Source: Nitrosopumilus sp.
GTDB lineage: Archaea > Thermoproteota > Nitrososphaeria > Nitrososphaerales > Nitrosopumilaceae
Direction: 5' to 3'
Length of the DNA: 64,000 bases
NCBI GenBank assembly: GCA_965207075.1
Contig: CBDBLO010000002.1
Span: 704,001-768,000 of the forward strand
The notes under the pieces were generated by a model. It did not search any database, was not told where the DNA came from, and worked only from the letters and a program-made list of their open reading frames with translations. Below, in pieces: positions 1 through 8,574 of the stretch. Position 1 is the first letter of the stretch. Every line of letters starts with the position of its first letter. The translations under genes and the position numbers were made by a program.

Positions 1-407
1 TATTTGTCAAACAAGCCGTTTCTTCCAATAAGAATATGCCTTCCCAAATCCCTGGTTATCTGGTCTGTTTGCGGAACGGCAACGTCAACCATGCCTACGT
101 CGACTCTATGCTCCTTGCATACGGCTTCCAGATACATGGTGGCTCTATACGTGTTAAATTCTCCAGAGGCACCCTCTGTTGTTTTTATCGTTGCATCGTC
201 CAGATCTAGACGAAGTATCTCGGCTATACTTCGTGGAATAAACGAAATATCTGCCCCCGAGTCAACCAGCCCGAAGGTGCGGAACTCAGGATTGGTCGAT
301 GCGCTGACGGGATCCCGGCTCTTCCTCATCACAATCTCGATCCTAGGTCTTTTAACCGCGTTTTCTTCGTCGTCTCGATTATGATCAGAATGGTACTCAA
401 AACGCAT
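1..407 (-). CDS. Retropepsin-like (clan AA) aspartyl protease, runs off window edge
   Basis: Manual translation from ATG 407: MRFEYH...RPRIEI...FGLVDSGADISFIP...HILIGRNGLF; catalytic DSG and C-terminal ILIGR motifs; absent from ORF track because the stop is outside the window. Confidence 0.8.
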   Translation of the reverse strand, partial: MRFEYHSDHNRDDEENAVKRPRIEIVMRKSRDPVSASTNPEFRTFGLVDSGADISFIPRSIAEILRLDLDDATIKTTEGASGEFNTYRATMYLEAVCKEHRVDVGMVDVAVPQTDQITRDLGRHILIGRNGLFDK

Positions 408-453
408 TTTGTCAGTTAGTCGATTAGTATTAACCACGCGCCAAGTCGAATGC

Positions 454-663
454 CTACAGAATTAAGGTTTGTTCTTTGTTTTTGTCCGGGATCTCCACAA
501 ATAATGGCGTCTTGTCTTTTGCGATCTTCGTGGCTTCTGCGTACACCTTGCTAATGTCTTTCCCTTGAGCGATTACTTCAGAATTCAGAATGGCCACCCA
601 CTGGCCTCTGTACTGCCCCTTGTTATTCATTGCCGTCAGGAACTGACTTTCGGGACTACCCAT
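454..663 (-). CDS. DUF5678-like small protein
   Basis: QYRGQWVAILNSEVIAQGKD motif; this family commonly lies upstream of retropepsin-like genes; start trimmed to ATG 663. Confidence 0.7.
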   Translation of the reverse strand: MGSPESQFLTAMNNKGQYRGQWVAILNSEVIAQGKDISKVYAEATKIAKDKTPLFVEIPDKNKEQTLIL

Positions 664-880
664 GGGAATCACACACCGCGACCATATAATATGATACCTA
701 CGTTGAAATTTAAGTTTGCTCTTGGATGGTTCTCTAGAAAACACGGCTGATGTGTACTTGTATGAATGGACTCTTGAAATTTGGATCCAAGATGGACACA
801 TTCGAGAATATTCCAATGTCCGGACGAGCTCAGACGTGCCCCCGATCTGCATTAGCCTCGTTTTCAGGAGAGCCCGTCTC

Positions 881-965
881 TTAATCTATGTGATGACAGG
901 CACGCATCCAGACAGTAAAGCTCGAATTGGAACCGGCCCGCGGAAGATGAGAATGGGCCCGATGA
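881..965. repeat. att-like repeat, copy 1
   Basis: About 83% identical by hand alignment to 4359-4444; ends in identical 14-mer AATGGGCCCGATGA. Confidence 0.75.
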
Positions 966-1170
966 AAACTAGCAGCTGTAACGGGCGGAACCCAGATCTT
1001 CAAGGGTCGAACCGATGTATGCCATGCGGCAGCAAACGCTCATTCAATAAGAATATGGAACTTGGAATGGGTGGAACGGCCTTGTATCTGGCCTGTCTTG
1101 TGATGGATCCGCCACTTGCGTCCATGGGCCTGCTACCGCCTTTCTGAACGCGGTCACTGCCGGCGGGCAT

Positions 1171-1620
1171 TTAGTCTTGTTTGCACAGGATTTCCTTTAC
1201 CGTCTTCACGAACCTGTCTGCCTTGCTGATCAGGTCCTCCACATCTGGGTGTGAAATGGCCCCCGGCACGCCATACTGTAACGTGTTGCGCGTCTGCCTT
1301 GCATGGCCAAATATGTTGATGATGTCCCCCTCAAACGCCCCGGCATACTCTGCCTCTATGAATTGCTGGGTAATGAGGTGGTGGGATCCCCTGTCCCTTA
1401 CCTTGTATCCCCTGCTGTACATCAGCGCCGTAGCTGCCTCCAGTATCGCGTTATAGGCCTCCTTGTATGCAGTGTCGTCTACGTCCGGATCATTCATCGG
1501 CACGATCTGTTTGCACGACCTCAGGTTGGCATCTGCGATGCTGATCTTCGAGTCAATCTCTGCACGGCTGCTCTGATAGCGCTCTATCTTCCTATTCTGC
1601 AATAGCCTGCCTAAATCCAT
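1171..1620 (-). CDS. HEPN domain protein (toxin of MNT-HEPN pair)
   Basis: AYKEAYNAILEAATALM...SHH...RQTRNTLQYG helical HEPN signature; overlaps the end of the MNT gene. Confidence 0.85.
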   Translation of the reverse strand: MDLGRLLQNRKIERYQSSRAEIDSKISIADANLRSCKQIVPMNDPDVDDTAYKEAYNAILEAATALMYSRGYKVRDRGSHHLITQQFIEAEYAGAFEGDIINIFGHARQTRNTLQYGVPGAISHPDVEDLISKADRFVKTVKEILCKQD

Positions 1621-2581
1621 CCTCGTCTCCCCTTACCATGATTATCTCATTTAGCTTCATGTGGCCTAACATCGACGATCTCTTCTTCTGGCTGCTAAAC
1701 TGCTGGTCGTCCCACACTATTGCGTTGATCTCCCTCTCTATCCTGCTCTCCAGGGACGAGACTGACTCATAAAACCTGTCCCTCGATACCTGGCCTATGA
1801 CCAGCAGGTCTATGTCGCTTGACTCCGTCTCCGTCCCCTTGGCAAACGAGCCGTAAATCAGCGCGTACCTTATGTCGTACTGTGCAATCTCTTTTGCGAT
1901 GATCCTGTCTGCAAGCTCGAACTTTAGAAATATCCGTCTTAGCTCCTCGTGTATTATGCAGTCCCTGTTTATCCTGTAAAATACCGCCGTGCCCTTCCTG
2001 GTCTTGGCGGTGATGCCCAGTGGCTCCACCCTGTTCAGCTCCCTCAGGACGGTCGATGGCGCCAGCCCTGTCCTCCGTGCCAGCTCGTTCAGGTAAAACT
2101 CGCCTGTCTGGTTCAGCAGCAGAAAGCCCAGTACGTGCACGAGCGTCTTTGACCGGAACAGCGTCTGCAGGAGGCTCTTTCTCCTGGCCGCCGGCCGCTT
2201 TTTCTCCACATGAAAGACCCTGCCCCTTACCGAGTCCAGCGCCTCTGTTTCTTGGGGCTGTACTGCCTCCCTGACACCGACGTCTATGGTAATCAGGCCC
2301 ACTCCCAGCTCCCTGCACACGTTTTCCATTCCTCGGCCCGGGGCACCGGGGATTGCCAAGTATGCGTAATTTGCAGCATTCTTAAAATGCAGGGCGGCCC
2401 GGATGGCATTGTCCAAGTTCCCTCCCCTCCCCTTTACCTCGATTATTGCCAGTTTTCCGTTCTTTTCGGCCACCAGATCCGCTATTTTGCCTCGGATCAT
2501 CCGGTTGTAATGAAGCGTCCATCCGGCATCCTCAAAGTGCCGTGCCACCCTTCTCTCATTCCCACTATAGCTTGAATCCAT
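1592..2581 (-). CDS. PD-(D/E)xK nuclease-like + wHTH + minimal nucleotidyltransferase fusion
   Basis: N-term IADLVAEKNGKLAIIEVKG; central YLNELARRTGLAPSTVLRELNR HTH; C-term YGSFAKG...SDIDLLVIG. Confidence 0.85.
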   Translation of the reverse strand: MDSSYSGNERRVARHFEDAGWTLHYNRMIRGKIADLVAEKNGKLAIIEVKGRGGNLDNAIRAALHFKNAANYAYLAIPGAPGRGMENVCRELGVGLITIDVGVREAVQPQETEALDSVRGRVFHVEKKRPAARRKSLLQTLFRSKTLVHVLGFLLLNQTGEFYLNELARRTGLAPSTVLRELNRVEPLGITAKTRKGTAVFYRINRDCIIHEELRRIFLKFELADRIIAKEIAQYDIRYALIYGSFAKGTETESSDIDLLVIGQVSRDRFYESVSSLESRIEREINAIVWDDQQFSSQKKRSSMLGHMKLNEIIMVRGDEDGFRQAIAE

Positions 2582-2593
2582 GACCTAAACACA

Positions 2594-2633
2594 TATTTCC
2601 TGATATGCAATAATCATTAGCTAATAGGAAATA
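2594..2633. promoter_or_regulatory. Inverted repeat upstream of MNT-HEPN operon (possible autoregulatory operator)
   Basis: TATTTCCT (2594-2601) ... AGGAAATA (2626-2633), with internal palindrome ATTAGCTAAT. Confidence 0.35.
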
Positions 2634-2945
2634 CCATTTTTAAGTGTTTGCTTGACCAGTAGGCTAGCGTGTTGCACAATTCTTCATCCTACTCAGCTCA
2701 AGGGGTGCGGCTCTGCGACATAGTACAGGCCGCTCTACGCCCTGCAGACTGGACAGGGAGCCGCCGTGCCTACCCGGCGATCCTGCCTTGGGGGGCCGCG
2801 CCACCTCAGGATCTGAACGCCTTGGGCCGCGAGACAGGCGTTGTTGTTGCCGCGAGTGGCGGCCGGCGCTAGGATCCAATGCAATGTTTTCCGTATTTTG
2901 CGCGGAATGGCGGAATTCCGGAATCTTGGCGAGTTAAATGGCATG

Positions 2946-4334
2946 TCATGCGGAAGGATTCGCTACCCTTCCCATGAACATTATGGTGCCGCTCTCGTCG
3001 TCGATTATGAAGAACAGGAACGGGCGGTCCGCCTTGAACGTTACCGGTCCGCTATCCGCCATTCCTATGACTGTCACTGCAGCGGCCTCCGTTCCCTCCT
3101 CGTTTACATTCACGTACGCGTCCTGGGTGGCCCTGTCTACAAACATGGTGGTATCCGATATCCCGCTCAGGTCCCCCCTCCCGTCAAAAATGAGCGTGAT
3201 GCCGAGATCCTCCAACTTGGGTATGAGATCATAGTGCGTCTTGACCTCGAACTTTGGGACGGACACCATGACGCTCTCATACTGCATGTTCTGGCGCCAC
3301 CCCTCCACCGTCTCTGCAGAGAGCGACCCCTCCAGGGACGCCATTCCGCCGTGTCCGGACGGCAGCGCGACCAGCATAGAGAGCCTGTCGCCGACGTAGG
3401 GCATGCGGAGGATCTGCATGCCGTCGTATTCGGCATAGTCAAAGCCGGCATCCACGTGCATGGTGTCCGCCTGGACGGTCCCGTTTCCGGTGTCAAAGTC
3501 GCGCGGCCGCGTATCCTCGGGGTCGAACGGCACCTCCCACGCGCCCTTGAAGTATATGGCGTTGAGTATCATGGCGAGGGTGTCGCCATCCACGTCTTCG
3601 GGTTTCAGCACCTCGGGGATCTTTTCGCGCGTCTTCTCGGACGCCCACCCGTTTATGCGGTCCAGCGCGCCGCCTTCGCCATAGTCGGTAAAGTCGACTG
3701 TCTCTATGTCCGCTTGGTACGTCTCCCTCACGATCTCCACGTATCTGGTATGTGGCACGAGCCGCTCTGCAAGCCACAGTGAGTTTGCCGTCTCAAGGGT
3801 GGCGTGCGGGTCGTCGCGGTTCAGTGACGACATGGTGTCTGAGACTGCCTGGTGCCTTGCGGCGTCGTTATCTGCCATCCCGAAGACGTTGCGGATCTGC
3901 TCGGCAGTCTCGCCCCGCGCCCCCTCGTACAGCACGGAGAATGCAGTGTGCATGCTGGCAGGCGAGAAGAAGTGGTTACCCTCCTCGCCTGCGATCTGTC
4001 TGTAAAAGTCAAAGGCAAAGGCGTTGTTGGCAGAGGCGACCTCTGCGGGGATCGGCCTTGGTTCCGCAGGCTCTGTTTCATGATGAGATGAAACCTCCGT
4101 CACGTGGTCGACCTGCTCGAATCCCCTGTCGGTCAGCGCCTCTACTGATCCGGCAAACACGCATGCAGGCGATCCTGATGGGGATGCCATCAGAATCCTG
4201 TCGCTGGCGCACACCACTTGGTCTGCCGGAATGCCCTCCTTGAGTTGCTGATATGGGGACGGAATCTCTGCGTGCGCGATCCCGGCGCCGGTTACCATAA
4301 CGGCTAGCGCAAGCAGCGGGACAGCTAAATTCAT
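2946..4334 (-). CDS. Secreted serpin (serine protease inhibitor)
   Basis: Signal peptide; NHFFSPAS, LNAIYFKGAW, hinge EEGTEAAAVT, FKADRPFLFFI, IMFMGRV; N-terminal thaumarchaeal-type SPYQQLKEGI...C...PACV domain. Confidence 0.95.
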   Translation of the reverse strand: MNLAVPLLALAVMVTGAGIAHAEIPSPYQQLKEGIPADQVVCASDRILMASPSGSPACVFAGSVEALTDRGFEQVDHVTEVSSHHETEPAEPRPIPAEVASANNAFAFDFYRQIAGEEGNHFFSPASMHTAFSVLYEGARGETAEQIRNVFGMADNDAARHQAVSDTMSSLNRDDPHATLETANSLWLAERLVPHTRYVEIVRETYQADIETVDFTDYGEGGALDRINGWASEKTREKIPEVLKPEDVDGDTLAMILNAIYFKGAWEVPFDPEDTRPRDFDTGNGTVQADTMHVDAGFDYAEYDGMQILRMPYVGDRLSMLVALPSGHGGMASLEGSLSAETVEGWRQNMQYESVMVSVPKFEVKTHYDLIPKLEDLGITLIFDGRGDLSGISDTTMFVDRATQDAYVNVNEEGTEAAAVTVIGMADSGPVTFKADRPFLFFIIDDESGTIMFMGRVANPSA

Positions 4335-4358
4335 GCATTGCCGAGAAGTTTGTCGCAG

Positions 4359-4444
4359 TTAATAGTTGTGATGACAGGCACGAATCCTGACGGCAAAGTT
4401 CGAATCAGAACCCGGCTCGCGAAAGGTGAAAATGGGCCCGATGA
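4359..4444. repeat. att-like repeat, copy 2 (probable left boundary of the ICE)
   Basis: Second copy of 881-965, 230 bp upstream of integrase; reverse complement of the core (TCATCGGGCCCATT) resembles an archaeal tRNA 3' end. Confidence 0.7.
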
Positions 4445-4673
4445 GGCTTATCTAAAAACCAAACATTTTCACAAGCGCAACAACACTGAATCAGAACGTA
4501 ACGCGCGCTACAGGGGACGGGCCCGGGGGCCCGGCGCGGGGCCCGCGGCGGCCCAGACAGCCGACTCAGGCTCCTGTGCCGCTGGGCCGAAAAAAGCTCC
4601 TCGGCCGGCGGCGAAAAATTCGGATCAACGTCCGGCCCTTAAATCGAGCCCGAGGATCAGAAGCTGGAACAGA

Positions 4674-6158
4674 ATGGCAAGAGATCCCCCAGCTGTGCTG
4701 CTGAAAGATCCTGACGTGCGCAGGTGGTACGACAACCTTCGCCGGTCCAGTAACCTCACGTGCACCGTCCGGCTCAGGCGGCTGAACCTGTTCTGCGACA
4801 GGGTGGGGATGACGCCGCGCGAGATGGCAAGGGCCGGGAGGGACGACCCGATGAAGGCCGAGAACATGCTGCTGGACCACGTGTCATGGATGGAGGAGAA
4901 AAAGTACGCGCCCGGGTACATCACGGGGATGGTGAGCGCCGTAAAGTCCTGGCTGGACTACAACCACATCGAGATCAGGCGCAAGATCAAGGTGGCAGAC
5001 TCCGACGTGCCGGTGACCATACAGGACGAAAAGGTGCCCGACAAGGAACAGCTCAAAAAGATACTGGACGCGGCGGACCCGCGGCGCAGGGCGATCATAA
5101 GCATGATGGCCTTTGCGGGGGTGAGGCCGCAGGTCATGGGGCTTGCAGACAAGAGCGACGGACTGGTGCTCTCGGACCTGCCCGACCTAGTGGTCGACGG
5201 GGGCGACACCCGCTTTGAGAGGACCCCCGCGATGGTGGTGGTGAGGCCCAAGCTGAGCAAGATCAGAAAAAAGTACTTTACATTTCTGGCCGAGGAGGGC
5301 TGCCAGTACGTGCTCGGGTACCTGCGGGAGAGGACGTCGCGCGGGGAGCGCCTGAAACCCGGCTCGCCGCTCATAACGACGGACTACGGGTACCGCCTCA
5401 CGGGATGGGGCAAGCTGAACGGAAACGGGAACAGGTTCCTGGTTACAAACGTCATCAGCTCCTCCATCAGCCCCGTCATCAAGAGCGTGCTTCCGGCCCG
5501 CCCCTACGCCCTGAGGGCGTACTTTGACAGCCAGCTGCTGATCGCCGAGAGCCACGGGTGCATGACGCACGCGTACAGGCAGTTCTTCATGGGGCACAAG
5601 GGCGACATGGAGGCAAGATACACCACAAACAAGGGCAGGCTGACGGAGCAGATGACCGAGGACATGAGGCGCGCGTTTGAGCAGAGCCAGGCGTTCCTGT
5701 CGACTGATGCCGCGCACGATTCGGAAAAGGACAGGCGCAGGATGCTGGTCGGGATGTGGAGACAGCAGGCCAAGATGTACGGGCTGGATCCCGATGCCAT
5801 GATTGCAGGTGAGGCCCTGGACGGGATGCTGGACGCGCAGCCGGTACGGCAGGCGGCCGTGGCGTCCGCGCAGGACGGCAGCGGCGCGGGACGATATGAT
5901 GATGCGGTGATACACACAGATGCCTTGGGTGCAGACAAGAGCTCCCTTGGCGCGGAGGAAAAGGCGACATCGGTGCAGACGGCAGGCGACGTCCCGGCTG
6001 CCGCCGACGCCAACAAGGCCCCCAGACAGTCTCCATTTGAGAGCCGGATTGTGGATGACGAGGCCGAGCTGCTGGCTGGCACCGCGGAAGGGTGGGACCT
6101 GGTAAGGGACCTGCCCGGCGAGCGGTTCCTGATCCGGCGCAAGATCCCAAGATCGTGA
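4674..6158 (+). CDS. int: Tyrosine recombinase/integrase
   Basis: AFAGVRPQ (R), KLSK (K), PYALRAYF, FFMGHKGDMEARY (H, Y); CTTAAAT box about 30 bp before ATG 4674. Confidence 0.9.
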   Translation: MARDPPAVLLKDPDVRRWYDNLRRSSNLTCTVRLRRLNLFCDRVGMTPREMARAGRDDPMKAENMLLDHVSWMEEKKYAPGYITGMVSAVKSWLDYNHIEIRRKIKVADSDVPVTIQDEKVPDKEQLKKILDAADPRRRAIISMMAFAGVRPQVMGLADKSDGLVLSDLPDLVVDGGDTRFERTPAMVVVRPKLSKIRKKYFTFLAEEGCQYVLGYLRERTSRGERLKPGSPLITTDYGYRLTGWGKLNGNGNRFLVTNVISSSISPVIKSVLPARPYALRAYFDSQLLIAESHGCMTHAYRQFFMGHKGDMEARYTTNKGRLTEQMTEDMRRAFEQSQAFLSTDAAHDSEKDRRRMLVGMWRQQAKMYGLDPDAMIAGEALDGMLDAQPVRQAAVASAQDGSGAGRYDDAVIHTDALGADKSSLGAEEKATSVQTAGDVPAAADANKAPRQSPFESRIVDDEAELLAGTAEGWDLVRDLPGERFLIRRKIPRS

Positions 6159-6222
6159 CGTCGTGGCATCCCACCACAAGCCCAAGGCAGGATTTGTCAC
6201 CGCAGGTCACACCGACTACATT

Positions 6223-6268
6223 GTTACCCGAAAACAATCATAGAGCTCTATGATTGTTTCCGGGTAAC
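6223..6268. repeat. 46-bp near-perfect palindrome, copy 1
   Basis: GTTACCCGAAAACAATCATAGAG|CTCTATGATTGTTTCCGGGTAAC, one mismatch in 23 pairs; identical at 47776-47821. Confidence 0.95.
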
Positions 6269-6425
6269 TTTCGCGGACTGTTCCTGCCGTCGCGTTGCCG
6301 TCGCCTCCGCTGGATCATGCCGCCCTGCATCCCGGGCGCGCCCGAGGGATCAGTCAGAAGGCGGCAGACGTCGGGCCGCCAAACCGCACGCGAGCCGTAA
6401 AACCTCCTTTTATCATATTGGAGAC

Positions 6426-6719
6426 ATGCACTACGTGGTACTTTCTGAAAAGGATCCCGAAGACAAGCAAAAGATGAAGAACGGCGTGATCGGCGTGGTG
6501 GTACTCCTCGTGCTGGGCTCACTCTCGCCCATGATAATAGAGGAGTTCACCGACGTTGACCTGGAGACGCTGTGCGAAAAGGGCCAGGACGGCGCCGACG
6601 CCGAATGTCTGGAGGAGGGGGACATAAAGGCGACCGTCCTTGAGGGCCTCGGCTACGTGTCGATCGTCATAGCCATCGTCGGCTTTGTCGGGTTTGTCAT
6701 CGTGGGCGTCAAGTATTGA
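6426..6719 (+). CDS. VirB2/TrbC-like conjugative pilin, apparently circularly permuted
   Basis: 97 aa, two TM helices, DPEDKQKMKN and GVKY pilin-like motifs; ICE context. Confidence 0.6.
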   Translation: MHYVVLSEKDPEDKQKMKNGVIGVVVLLVLGSLSPMIIEEFTDVDLETLCEKGQDGADAECLEEGDIKATVLEGLGYVSIVIAIVGFVGFVIVGVKY

Positions 6720-7147
6720 GGGTGTCAAGCGTCCTTGCGCGCCTCACAGGCGCGCTGCTCGGGCTCGCATACGTCTCCGGGTGGTGGGTTCCGGCAGGCT
6801 GGGCCTGGGGCCCCATCACGTTCTGGCTTGCGGCCTGCTGTGCGGACATGGCATACACCGTAAGGCACCGCCGATTTTTACCCAAACACGAGCGGAACCC
6901 GGTGCTCCGCGTCCTGGCGGGGCGCCTTGGCCTCGGGCGTGCCGTGCCGGCAACGCTTGCGGCCGAGGCGGCGCTTGTAGTTTCTTCGCCGTTTCTGGTT
7001 ACGCACGGGTGGGACCTGGGGTTTCTCTGCGTGGCGGCCGTCCTGGCGTGCATGGTGCACCTGTGCGGGCTTGCCGAGAGTCGCTCGTTCGTACGCAGCG
7101 CGGCCGCAGGACCCGCCAAACGGGGCCAAGGCTTGGCAGGGCCGTAA
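6716..7147 (+). CDS. Small polytopic membrane protein (DUF5658-like)
   Basis: ADMAYT...ERNPVL motif, about 4 hydrophobic segments, overlaps pilin stop. Confidence 0.5.
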   Translation: MRVSSVLARLTGALLGLAYVSGWWVPAGWAWGPITFWLAACCADMAYTVRHRRFLPKHERNPVLRVLAGRLGLGRAVPATLAAEAALVVSSPFLVTHGWDLGFLCVAAVLACMVHLCGLAESRSFVRSAAAGPAKRGQGLAGP

Positions 7148-7230
7148 TTCGTCACGGCGTCCACATCCACATGCAGGTAAACCCGCCGTTCTTGTCAAAA
7201 AATCTCGCTTAAACGCAATCGGTGTCCGAC

Positions 7231-8067
7231 ATGGTGATGATGAAGATCGGCCTTGACATCGGAACCGGCTTTGTAAAGTGCGTCTCCGACTACGGGGCGG
7301 TGCGCTTTCCGTCAATCTACGTGAGGCGCATACACGGGATGTGGACCGAAAAGGCGACGGAGGTAGTGGGCTCCCGGGCAAGCTTGCTGCTTGATACGAT
7401 GGGCGCCACTGCCATAAGCCCGATAACCCGGGGCAAGCCGGACTCCAGATACTACAAGCAGGTGGACATGCTCTTGGCCGAGGCGCTGCGCCAGATACAC
7501 AAGCTGGCAAAGGCCCCGGTCGATACGGACGCAAAGCTCCGCATCGTGGTCGGCTTGCCGTACCACGCGTTTGGCTACCGCGAGTCCATGACTCGAGTGA
7601 TACAAAAGGCGCTCAACGTGGAGACGTGCGCCGTGGTAGCCCAGGCATCTGGGACGCTGATGGACCTCGACCTTGAGAGCGCAATGGTGGTGTCCATCGG
7701 ACAGGGGACGACTGAAATAGTGGTGATAGACGACATGGAGGTGATAGACGGGGAGAGCTCCCGGTGGGCGTCAGACTTTGTGACGAAAAAGATAGGCAGG
7801 TACGCCCACCTCGATGTGGACCTGCTCCACAAGAACCAGGACGTGTGCCAGAGGTATGCAAGGGTAATGGCAGAGAACCTGTCCCGCGAGATACACGACA
7901 TGTCCGGGCAGTACGGCAACCGGTACACCATAGCGCTCTCGGGAGGCGGCCTGCTGCTTCCGGGCATGCAGGAGAGGCTGTCCGCCCGGCTAAAGGAGTT
8001 CAAGGTGGTGGTCCCAAACGATCCGGTCATGAGCAACGCGAACGGGCTCTACAAGCTCGTGGAATAG
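7231..8067 (+). CDS. Actin-like ParM/StbA family ATPase
   Basis: IGLDIGTGFVK (phosphate 1), SIGQGTTE (phosphate 2), LSGGG (adenosine), PVMSNANG. Confidence 0.85.
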   Translation: MVMMKIGLDIGTGFVKCVSDYGAVRFPSIYVRRIHGMWTEKATEVVGSRASLLLDTMGATAISPITRGKPDSRYYKQVDMLLAEALRQIHKLAKAPVDTDAKLRIVVGLPYHAFGYRESMTRVIQKALNVETCAVVAQASGTLMDLDLESAMVVSIGQGTTEIVVIDDMEVIDGESSRWASDFVTKKIGRYAHLDVDLLHKNQDVCQRYARVMAENLSREIHDMSGQYGNRYTIALSGGGLLLPGMQERLSARLKEFKVVVPNDPVMSNANGLYKLVE

Positions 8068-8574
8068 CCTGCCGCTGCGGGGTTTTCGGGTTTTGCGGGG
8101 CGCAGTATGGCCTCGTCTGCCCTGCTTTGCAGCTGGGACGGAATTTTTCTGTAGCTGGTGACATAGGCCGGTCCGCTCTGTGTGCCACATGTCATTAGGG
8201 CCTGTAAAGATCTTCTGTCAGTGATCGGGGGGTTCAAATGACTTGGACGTGTCCTTTCCAGACCCATGCTGCTCTATTGCATACCCTTCGTTTGGCTACA
8301 GGCTGTCGACTGGTGCCTGCTCTGTCTCTGACATGCGTTACAGCATTTCAAATTGTTTCTAAAACTATCTCCGGCGAGTCAGTTCTGTGCATTTTCCCTT
8401 CTCTCCACCAATCCCGATCTGGACACAAATGGAGAATGTAGGCGGAATTGCAATCTCGGTACTGTTGCGAATACGTGACATAGGCACGGCGCGATCTTCT
8501 CCGAAACGACCTTGATCCGCTTCTGCTCCGGTGGGCTGACCACAATTTATAACGTTGGGTTCGGCGGCGTGATC

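Noticed and set aside
664-852. N-terminal extension of the DUF5678 ORF
   Set aside because: Not protein-like; the family is typically about 70 aa and fits ATG 663.
2664-2940. Possible structured RNA or small ORFs between MNT and serpin
   Set aside because: GC-rich, but I could not build a convincing fold or recognise a motif.
4431-4444. Intact tRNA gene
   Set aside because: Only a 3'-end-like 14-mer is present, with no cloverleaf or T-loop next to it. I found no tRNA or rRNA in the window.
4338-4673. 112-aa N-terminal extension of the integrase (SSV-type split integrase)
   Set aside because: The frame is open through the att core, but the sequence is low-complexity, the frame is not conserved in repeat copy 1 (1-bp indel), and a TATA box precedes ATG 4674. 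Not fully excluded.
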